NCBI RefSeq assembly: GCF_009914755.1
Contig: NC_060947.1
Length of the DNA: 64,000 bases
Direction: 5' to 3' (one strand)
DNA from: the human T2T-CHM13v2.0 reference genome, Homo sapiens
The notes below the pieces were generated by a model. It was not told the origin of the DNA. It saw only the letters and a list, made by a program, of their open reading frames with translations, and ran no database searches. The stretch's first letter is position 1. Each line of letters starts with the position of its first letter. The translations under genes and the position numbers were made by a program. This document shows positions 12,228 through 22,951 of the stretch, in pieces.

Positions 12228-15200
12228 GAAGATAGGTTGAATTTTATTGAAGGCCTTTTCTGCATCTATTGAGATAATGTGATTATTGCTTTAGTTCTGT
12301 TTAATGTGATGAATCACATTTATTCATTTGCATATGTTGAACCAACTTGGCATCCTGGGGGTGAAGCCAACCTGATCATGGTGTATAAGCTTTTTGATGT
12401 GCTGCTGGATTAAGTTTGCCAGTATTTTATTGAGGATTTTTGCATCAATATTCATCGAGGATATTGGCCTAAAATCTTTTTTCGTTATATCTGTGACATG
12501 TTGTGATATCAGGATGATGCTGGCCTCATAGAATGAGTTATGGAGGAGTCCCTTCTTTTCATTTTTTTGAAATCATGTCAGTAGGTATGGTATCAGATCT
12601 TCTTTGTACCTCTGACAGAATTCAGCTGTGAATATGTCAGGTCCTGGGCTTTTTTGGTTTGTTTGTTTGTTTTTGTTTTTGTTTTTTTTTGGTTGGTAGG
12701 CTATTTATTACTGCCTTAATTTCAAAACTCATTATTGGTCTATTCAGGGATTTAATTTCTTCCTGGTTCAGTCTGGGGAGGTTGTATGTGTCCAGGAATT
12801 TATCCATGTCTTCTAGATGTTCTAGTTTATGTGCACAGAGGTGTTTTTAGTATTCTCTAATGCTTGTTTGTATTTCTGTGGGGTCAGTGGTGATATCTCC
12901 TTTATCATTTCTGATTGCATTTATTTGATTCTTCTCTCATTTCTTCTTTATTAGTCTAGCTAATGGTCTATTTTATTGATTTTTTTTTTCAAAAAAAAAA
13001 ACAGTTCCTGGATTTGTTGATTTTTTGAACAGTTTTTTTATGTCTCTATCTACCTCAGTTCAGTTCTGATCTTGTCTTCTGCTAGCTTTGGGGTTTGTTT
13101 GCTCTTGGTTCTCTAGCTGTTTTAGTTGAAATGTGAGGTTGTTAACTTGAGACTTTTCTAGCTTTTTGATGTGGGCATTTTAGCGCTATTAATTTTTCTC
13201 TTAACACTGCTTTAGTTGTGTCCCAGATATTCTGGTACATCATCTCTTTGTTCTCATTAGTTTCAAAGAACTTTTTGATTTCTGTCTTAATTTCTTTATT
13301 TACTCAGTGGTAATTCAGGAGCAGGTTGTTCAGTTTCCATGCAGTTTTGTAGTTTTGTGTGAATTTCTTAATCTTGAGTTCTAATTTGATTGTGTTGTCT
13401 GAAAGACTGTTATTTCAGTTCTTTTGCATTCATCGAGGAGTGTTTTACTTCCAATTATGCAATCAATTTCACAGCAGGTGCCATGTGGCTATGAGAATGT
13501 ATATTCTGTTGCTTTTGGGTGGAGAGTTCTGTAGATATCTATCAGATCCACTTGATCCAGAGCTAAGTTTGTGTCCTGAATATCTTTGTTAATTTTCTCT
13601 CTCAGTGATCTGCCTGATATTGTCAGTGAGGTGTTGAAGTTTTCCACTATTATTTTGTGGGTGTCAAAGTCTCTTTGCAGGTCTCTAAGAACTTGCTTTA
13701 TGAATCTGAATGCTCCTGTATTGAGTGCATATTTAGGATAGCTAGCTCTTCTTGTTGAATTGAACCCTTTACCATTATGTAATGCCCTTGTTTGTCTTTT
13801 TTGATCTTTGTTGGTTCAAATTCTCTTTTGTCAAAAACCAGGATTGCAACCCCTGCTTTTTTCTGTTTTCCATTTTCTTGGTAAATTTTCCTTCATCTCT
13901 TTATTTTGAGCCTATGTGTGTCTTTGCATGTGAGATGGGTCTCTTGAAGACAGCATACCAGTGGGTCTTGGCTCTTTATCCAGCTTGCCATTCTGTGTCT
14001 TTTAATTGGGGCATTTAGAACATTTACATTTAAGGTTAGCATTGTTATGTGTAAATTTAATTGTCATCCTGATGCTAGCTGGTTATTTTGTCAACTTGCT
14101 TATGTGGCTGCTTCACTGTGTCACTGGTCTGTGTGCTTCAGTGTGTTTTTGTAGTGGCTGGTAATGGTTTTTCCTTTCCATATTTAGTGCTTCCTTCAGG
14201 AGCTTTTGCAAGGCAGGCCTAATGGTGATGAATTTCCTAAACATTTGCTTGTCTGAAAAGGATCTTATTTCTCCTTTGCTTATGAAGATTAGTTTTGCCA
14301 GATATTAAATTCTGCATTGGAAATACTTTTCTTTAAGAATGTTGAATATTGGCCCCCTGTCTTCTTGTAGGGCTTCCACTGAGAGGTCTGCTATTAGTCT
14401 GATGGGTTTCCCTTTGTAGGTGACCTGGCCTTTCTTTCTGAATTGCCTTAACATTTTTTTTTCCTTTCATTTTGACCTTGGAAAATCTGCAGATTATCTG
14501 TCTTGGGATTGATCTTTTCATGGAGTTTCTTACTTGGGTTCTCTGTATTTCCTGAATTTGAATGTTGGCCTGTATTTCTAGGTTGGGGAAGTTCTCCTGG
14601 CTGATATCCTGAAGTGTTTTTCAACTTGATTCCATTTTTCAAGTCTCCTTAGTGTACCCCAATGAGTAGTAGGTTTGGTCTCTTTACATAATCCCATATT
14701 TCTCAGAGGTTTTGTTCATTCCTTTTCATTCATTTTTTTTAATTATTTTTGTCTGCTTGTCCTATTTCAGAAAGATAGTCTTCAAGCTCCAAGACTCTTT
14801 CCTCCACTTGATCTATTCTGCTATTGAAACTTGTGATTGCATTGTGAAGTTCTCATGTTTTTCAGCTCTATCAAGTCGGTTATGTTTTTCTCTAAACTGG
14901 CTATTCTGGCTATCAGCTCCTGTATTGTTTTATCAAGATTCTTGGCTTCTTTGCATTGGGTTACAACATGCTCCTTTAGCTCAGCAAAGTTTGTTATTGC
15001 CCACCTTCTGAAGCTTACTTCTGTCAATTCAGTCTTTTTAGCCTCAACCCCAGCTCTGTAGCCTTGCTGGAGAGGTGTTGTGGTCATTTGGAGGAGAAGA
15101 AGCACTCTGGCTTTTTTATTTTTCAGTGTTTTTGCATTGATTCTTTCTCATCTTTGTGAACTTATTTACCTTCGTTCTTTAAGGTTGTTGACCTTTGAGT

Positions 15201-16555
15201 GAGGTTTCTGTGGGGTCTTTTTTGTTGATATTGTTGTTTTCTGTTTGTTTGTTTGTTTGTTTTTTAACTGTCAGGTCACTCTACTGTAGGGCTGCTGTTG
15301 TTTGCTAGGAGTTCACTCCAGACCCTAGTTGCCTTGGTTTTTCCCATACCTGGAGGTTTCACCAGTGAAGGCTGTGAAACTGCAAAGGTGGTAGCCAGCT
15401 CCTTCCTCTGGAAACCTTGTCCCAGGGGTGTACTGATCTGTCACCACCCTGAACGCACCTGTAGGAGGTGGCTGGACACCCCAATTGAGAGGTCTCATCC
15501 AGTCAGGAAGAACAAGATCAGAAACCCACTTGAAGAAGCAGTCTGGCTGCTTTTTGGTAGAGCAAGTGTACCATGTTTTGGGGGACCCTTCCTCATCCAG
15601 ACCATTTGTATTCTCCAATGCCAGCAGGCTGGAATGGCTGAGGTAGCCAAATTGCAGAGGTAGTGGCGGCCCCTCGTGCTGGGAGCTCTGTCCCAGAGAT
15701 AAGAACTCTGTCCATAGAACCCTGGCTGGAGTGGCTGAAGCCCCCACAGGGAGGTCTTGCCCAGTGAGGAGGAATGGATTGAGGTCCCATTTAAAGAAGC
15801 AGTCTGGCCACAATCTGGCAAAACAGCTGTACTGCATTGTAAGGGACTCTTCCTCATCTGGACCATTTGTATTCTCCAAAGCTAGCAGGCTGGAACAGCT
15901 GAGACTACCAAACCACAGAGATGGCAGCTGCCCCTCCCCCTGGGAACTCAGGCCCATCTCAGGCGATTCCAGCTTGTTCCCATTGGCTGGCTGGAATTCC
16001 AAGCCAGTGGGTCTTAACTTATGACATGTCATGGAAATGGGGCCCAGAGAAAGATGCTGCTTGGCTCCCTGGATTCAGCCCCCTTTCTAGGGATATGTAT
16101 GGACAGATTTCCCACCTTGCCAGGGATCCCAGGGCCAGAGTATGTAAAACTCCTGTGTCTTTGTGTATGCCTAAGCAGCTGCTCTGCTGAGACTCCACAC
16201 AGCTCTGTGTATCTGACCCAAGGCCCTGGTGGCATGAGCTCTTGAGGGGGTCTCCTGACCTGCAGGTGGCAAAGATCTGTGGGAAAAGTGTGGTTTCTCA
16301 GGTGGGGTTGCACTATCAGTCACTGCCTCCCTTGGCTTGGGTGGGGGTTCCTTTGGCTCTGTGCCACTCCCAGGTGGGCCATCACCCTGCTCCCTGCTTT
16401 TCTTCATTCTCTGTGGGTCGAGTTGTTTGCCTGGTCAGTCCCAAAGTGAGAACCTGGCTATTTCAGTTGAAGATGCTGGATTCACTCACCCCTTTTAATT
16501 TCTTTCTGCAAGTGCTGCATACTGCAGCTGTTTCTAATCCTTTTCTTGATTTTCT

Positions 16556-17200
16556 AAATGTACATTGTGTCATCCATGAAAAATGATAGTATGATTCTTC
16601 CTTTCCTAGACCAATGGCTTTTATTTCTTTTTCTTGTTCTGTTTCACTGACCAAGGCATCTGATAAAATAAAGGATGGATGTAATGATAGGAGATATCCT
16701 TGTCTTACTTCTGATACCAAGGATAAAGTTGGAACCTGAATTTACCATTGAGTATGATTTAGGTTTGCTCTTATTCAGTAAAAATGTTTCAAAAATGCAT
16801 TTGCTCTTGTTCAGTAAAGATGATTAAAAAAAGATAACGGATGTTAAATAGCATTGATTTTTCCAAATCTATCGAGGTGAGTATATATACAATATATGTG
16901 TGTGTATACATACATATATATCCTTTTTAATATGTTAATGTGGTGGATTATATAAATTGGTTTCTCATGTTTTACCGTACTTTCATTCCTGGGATATAAA
17001 CACTATAGGCTGATGTAGTGTATTTTCAAATATTGTTTGATCGAATGTAATATTTTGTCCAGGATATTTGTATCTATATTAATGAATAAGATTTACCTTT
17101 AATTATTATTTCTTGTATTTCCTTTGAATTATCTTAGAAATCAAGGTTATACTAGCCTTATAAGGTAATTCAGAGTATATTCCCCCATTTGTTTTATTGG
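16556..17200 (-). mobile_element. Old L1M ORF2 fragment (continuation of 9595-9691)
   Basis: ORF 16463-16720 ends RQGYLLSLHPSFILSDALVSETEQEKEIKAI, a degenerate RT region. Confidence 0.75.
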
Positions 17201-17204
17201 CATA

Positions 17205-18426
17205 ATTTTTTTTTAACATTGAAGTTGAGGGGTACATGTGCAGATTTGTCATATAGGTAAACTTATGTCATGGGGGTTTGCTGTACAGATTACTTCATCA
17301 CCCAGGTATTAAGCCTAGTACTCATCAGTTATTTTTCCTGATCCTTTCCCTCCTCCCACCCTCCACCCTCCAATAGACCCCAGTGTGTGTTGTTCCCCTC
17401 TATATGTCCATGTGTTCTTATCATTTAGCTCCCACTTGTAAGTGAGAACATGTAGTGTTTGGTTTTCTGTTCCTGCATTAGTTTGCTAAGGATAATGGCC
17501 TCCAGCTCCATCCATGCCTCTGCAAAGGACAAGATTCCATTCCTTTTTATGGCTTCATAGTATTCCATGGTGTATATGTACCACATTTTCTTTATCCAGT
17601 CTATCATCGATAGGTATTTAGGTTGATTCCATGTTTTTGCTATAGTGAATAGTGTTGCAACAAAATTCTGTGTGCATGTGTCTTTCTGGTAAGATAATTT
17701 ATATTCCTTTGGGTATATACCCAGTAATGGAATTGCTGGGTCAAATGATATTTCTGTCTTTAGTTCTTTGAGGAATCACCACACTGTCTTCCACAATGGT
17801 TGAGTTAATTTAAACTACTACCAACAGTGTATAAGTGTTCTTTTTTTTCTCCACAACCTTGCCAACATTTGTCATTTATTAACTTTTTATAATAGCCATT
17901 CTGACTGCTGTGACATGGTATCTTATTGTGGTTTTGATTTTCATTCTTTAATCAGTGATGTTGAGCATTTTTATCATATGATTGTTGGGGGCATGTATGT
18001 CTTCTTTTGTCTGTTCATGTCCTTTGCCCACATATTAATGGAGCTGTTTGTTTTTCTTGTGAATTTGTTTCAGTTCCTTATAGATGCTGGCTACTATACC
18101 TTTGTTGGATGCATAGTTTGCAAAAATTTTCTCCCATTCTATAGGTTGTTTGATTTCTCTGTTGATAGTTTCTTTTGCTGTGCAGAAGCTCTTTAGTTTA
18201 ATTAGATCTCATTCGTCAATTTTTGCTTTTGTTGCAATTGCTTTTGGTGTTTTCATCATGAAATCTTTGCCTGTGCCTATGTCCTGAATTATATTGCCTA
18301 GATTTTCTTCTAGGGTTTCTATAATTTTGGGTTTTACATTTAAGTCTTTAATCCATCTTGAGTTAATTTTTGTATATGGTATAATTATGGGGTCCAGTTT
18401 TAATCCTTTGCATATGGCTAGCCAGT
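17205..18426 (-). mobile_element. 5'-truncated L1PA (PA12/13-like)
   Basis: Poly-T, then GGGGTACATGTGCAG..CATCACCCAGGTATTAAGCCTAGTAC; ORF2 C-terminus WIKKMWYIYTMEYY. Confidence 0.9.
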
Positions 18427-18904
18427 TATATTGTGATGAATTTGTAACAGATGAAAAAAAAAATTATTTGTTGACTATTTGTTAAAACTTCCCATTGAAG
18501 ACACCTGAAACTGAATTCTTCAAATTTCTTGTCACTTATATTACTTTAATGGTTTTAGGAGACTTTCAGTTTTCTAGCTTTTCTGAAATATGCTTTGGAA
18601 AGTGTATTATTAAGGCTGTAAACAAATAGTTCAGTTCTCCTCCTTTGAGGTATCTGATAGAATTGCATTGTCCCATTGTCCTTGAAATTAGCTGCGGTCC
18701 TCTACCTGCCTGGGCCAATGAAATGTGAATAGAAGCAGTAACTGTGGTTCAGTCAGCAGAGAAATTTTGTATCTAAAAATATAAAAATAAAAATTATTTT
18801 TTAAAAGATGGTTTATAAGCTTTTGTACCTCCTTGGGGGGTTGGTTTTTCATTTCCGAAGGCTTTGTGTCATGTAAAACTCTTACTAAATAAATTCATTA
18901 TCCT

Positions 18905-19160
18905 ATGGTGTTCTTGTGATAGTGAGTGAACTCTCATGAGATCTGATGGTTTTCTAAGGGGCTTTCCCCTGCTTTGCTTGGCATTTCTCTCTCCTGTCAC
19001 CATGTGAAGAAGGACATGTTTCCTTCCCCTTCTACCATGATTATAAGTTTACTGAGGTCTCCCCAGCCATGCAGAACCATGAGTCAATAGAACCTCTTTC
19101 CTTTATAAATTACCCAGTTTCAGGTATTTCTTCATAGCAGTGTGAGAATGGACTAATACA
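18905..19160 (+). mobile_element. 3' part of a THE1(D)-like LTR
   Basis: GAGATCTGATGGTTTT..CCATGTGAAGAAGGAC..GGACTAATACA. Confidence 0.8.
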
Positions 19161-21491
19161 TTTCCCTTTGCTGTTCTCGTCATAGTGAGTGAGTTCTCAT
19201 GAGATCTAGTTGCTTGAAAGTGTGTAGCAGTTCCCCCTTCACTCTCTCTCCTGCTCCACCATATGAGGACAGTGCTTGCTTCTTATTTGCCTTCTGCCAT
19301 GATTGTAAGCTTACTGAGGCCTTCCAGCCATGCTACCTGTACAGCCTGCAGAACTGTGAGTCAAATAAAACCCTTTTCTTTATAAATTACCCTGTCTCAG
19401 GTAGTTCATTATAGCAATGTGAGAATGGATTAATACAGAAAATTGGTACCAGAGAGGTAGGGCATTGCTATAAAGATACCTGAAAACGTAGAAGTGACTT
19501 GGATACTGGGTAACCAGCAGAGGTTGGAACAGTTTGGAGGACTCAGAAGAAGACAGGAAGATGAAAGAGAGTTTGGTATTCCTAGAGACTTGTTAAATTG
19601 TTGTGACCAAAATGCTGATAGTGATACAGACAGTAAAATCCAGGCTGAGGTCTCAGATTGACATGAGGAACTTATTGGGAACTGAAGTAAAAGTCACTCT
19701 TGCTATGCTTTAGCAAATAAACTTCTGGCATTGTGCCCTGCTCTAGGGATCTGTGGAGATTTGAACTTGAGAGAGATGATTTAGGGTATCTGGTGGGAGA
19801 AATTTATAAGCAGCAAAGCATTCAAGATGTGACTTGACTCCTTCTAATAGCATACATTCATGTGCATTTGTGAAAAGATGGTCTGAAATTGGAATTTTTA
19901 TTAAAAAGCAAAGCAGAGCATGAAAATTTGGAAAATTTGCAGCCTGACCACGTGGTAGAAAAAAAAAAAAAACATTTTCTGGGGAGGCATTCAAGCCTGC
20001 TGCAAAAATTTGCATAAGCAAAGAGGAACCAAATGTTGATAGCCAAGACAATGGGGAAAATGCCTCTATGACATTTCAGAGATTTTTATGGCAGATCCTC
20101 TCATCACATGCCTGGAGGCCTAGAAGAAAACAAATGGTTTCCTAGAAGAAAAAAATGGTTCCTCTTATCACAGACCTGGAGGCCTAGAAGAAAAAAATGC
20201 ACAGGCCCCTCTGCTCTGTGCAGGCAAACATGGTATTCTGCATTATGGCAGCTCCAGCTCCAGCCATGGCTAAAAAGGGCCAAGGTACAGCTTAAGACAT
20301 TGCTTCCAAGGGTGCAAGCCCCAAGACTTGGTGGCTTCCATGTAGCCTTGGGCCTGTGGGTACACAAAGGGCAAGAGTTGAAACTTGGGAGCCTGTGCCT
20401 AGATTTCAGAGCATATATTGAAAGTCTGGATGTCCAGGCAGAAGTCTGCTGCAGGGGCAGAGTCCTCATGGACAACCTCTACTAGGTCACTGGGGAAGGG
20501 AAATGTGGGGTTGGAGCCCCCACACAAAGTCCCCACTGGGGCACTGCCTAGTGGAGCTGTGAGGAGAGGGCCGCTGTTCTCCTGACCCCAGAATGGTAAA
20601 TCCACCTACAGCTTGCATCATGCACCTGGAAAAGATGAAGGCACTCAATGCTAGCCCATGAAAGCATCTGAGAGAGCTATACCCTGCAAAACCACAGAGG
20701 TATGGATGCCTAAAGCCTTAGGAGCCCACCGCTTTTATCAGTGTGGCCTGGATTTGAGACATAGAGTCAAAGGAGATAATTTCAGAGCTTTAAGATTTAA
20801 TGATTTCCCTGTTGGGTTTTGGACTTGCATGGGTCCTGTAGCCCCTTTGTTTTGGCCAATTTCTCCCTTTTGGAACGGGAGAATTTACGCAATACCTGTA
20901 TCCCATTGTATCTTGGAAGTAACTAACTTGTTTTTTATTTTACAAGCTCATAGGTGGAAGGGACTTGCCTTGTCTCAGATGAGACTTTGGTGTTGGACTT
21001 TTGAGTTATTGCTGGGATGAGTTAAGACTTTGAGGGACTGTTGGGAAGGCACGACTGTGTTCTGAAATGTGAGAAGGACATGAGATTTGAGAGGGGCCAG
21101 GAAGGGAATGATATGGTTTGGCTCTGTGTCACCACCCAAATCACATGTTGAATTGTAATCCTCAGTGTTGTGAGAGAGACCTAGTGGGAGGTCATTGGAT
21201 CATGGGGGCAGATTTTCTCTTTGCTGTTTTCATAATAGTGAGTGAGTTCTCATCAGATCTGGTTGTTTGAAAATGTGAAGCACTTCCCCCTTTGTTCTCT
21301 CTCTCTCCCTGATCTGCCATGTGAGGACAACGCTTGCTTCCCCTTCACGTTCCACCATGATTGTAACCTGAGGGCTCCCAGCCATGCTACCTGTACAGCC
21401 TGCAGAACTTTGAGTCATTTAAACTTCTTTTCTTTATAAGTTACCCAGTTTCAGGTAGTTCTTTATAGGAATGTGAGAACAGACTAATACA
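19161..21491 (+). mobile_element. MSTA provirus: partial 5' LTR (19161-19437), internal region (19438-21108), 3' LTR (21109-21491)
   Basis: LTR end TAATACA is followed by GAAAATTGGTACCAGAG (MaLR internal start); a purine tract precedes TGATATGGTTTGGCTCTGTGTC. Confidence 0.9.
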
Positions 21492-21762
21492 CAGTCATGA
21501 ATTTAGCAATGAGTAAGGAAAAGTTATTACTTTTTGTCCCTTACAATAGTGATATATTTGTACAACATTTGGCCCAGAAAAATACAGTTCTTTTGGTATT
21601 TTCATGCTGATGAAGTTTATTTAATTGGACTATTTAATATTAGTATCATACGTGCTTTTCAATTTTAGATTGTGGAAATGGGCCATAAGTATTTTGAGGG
21701 CAGAACTATTTTCTTGCTTGATTCCCCACACAGAGTATTATGGACATTACAGAGTATTATGG

Positions 21763-21910
21763 ACAGTTCCCAACTTACAATGGGTTCAACTTACAATTTT
21801 TCAACTTTACAACTTTACTACGATATGAAAGCCATACACATTCTTTATACTCCTTGACTTAGGATGTGGTTTATCTGCACATAACCTGATCATGAGTCGA
21901 AGAGCATCTG
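21763..21910. mobile_element. Tigger-family MITE (MER47-like), internally deleted
   Basis: CAGTTCCCAACTTACAATGGGTTCAACTTAC ... GAGTCGAAGAGCATCTGTA terminal motifs. Confidence 0.6.
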
Positions 21911-22951
21911 TACTCAACAGATATTTATTGAATAGATTAATAAAATTGGTGAAGTGTTGCATTATGCTTTTTCTGCTACCTCTACTGGCTACCATTGAGG
22001 TTTTTCTTTTTCTTTTGCGGAGGTAAAATTGTTTTCAAATATCTGTCTAAAATTATGCTTTCGTCTAATATAATCTAAGAGTTTTCTCTGTGGTGGAGGA
22101 ATAATGTAAGCAGTTAAAACTCTTCAAAAGAGCAAAAAGCAGAGGCATTGTAGGTGTTCCTTGAAATTCTGATTAGCTGGGAAACTCCTGCAAGGAGATT
22201 GGGCTACTGAAAGAAGGACTCCTTGTCCTACCTCTCTTTGAATAATGTACATGAAAAGCATGTATGAAGGAGGGGAAGTATAATCTTAGAAAATATGCTG
22301 CTTCAATATTCGTTCTGTGATGAGCCATACAGCCATATAGTATCTTCACTATCTATACCATTTTTACAAAATGTATTCATTCAGCAAATGAACAGCAGGC
22401 ATTTGGGCTTCCTTGGGAATATGTAAATAAATTAATTTTCTTTCCACAGGGTCCATGCATTCAGTGGAGTAATGATTCCTGTCCATGAAAAAAAAAAAGA
22501 AAGTAGAAAATTTCAGAGAAGAGAAAAATTTTCCACTTGGGAGCAAGGGCATGAGGGCAGCGGGGAAGTGGTAGATATACTGACATGTTAATATATTAGG
22601 TCTTGTATTTCTTTTGTACATAGTCTTTCTTCTTTGACTGCCTCGTTCATGCATCTCCACTACTTGAAAAATTATTTAATTTACAAGCATGTGCCAAAGT
22701 CCTACATCATGCTTCCTCTAAGATTCTATGCAAGCCAATTCAAAGATTTCTCTCTTAAAAATATTTGTATGAAAAAAAGACATGGCTAGGAAATCACTGT
22801 TCAGTAGGATAAAATAAAAGTGCAAGCAAACAAGTGATAGAGAACCTCTGGTTAAAGAGCTTTACCCCCCTGACTGATGGACTGATATGGAAACGTAAGA
22901 TGAAGAATTTCCTAGCAGTTGTGAATCTCATTTAGGTTTATCAGAAAATTG

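Larger units (their letters stand above)
9692..16542 (-). mobile_element. Full-length decayed L1 (L1PA10/11-like)
   Basis: 3'UTR at ~9700-9930, ORF2 fragments, ORF1 fragments (14333-15105), GC-richer 5'UTR to 16542. 13-bp TSD TTCTTGATTTTCT at 9679-9691 and 16543-16555. Inserted into an older L1M. Confidence 0.93.
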
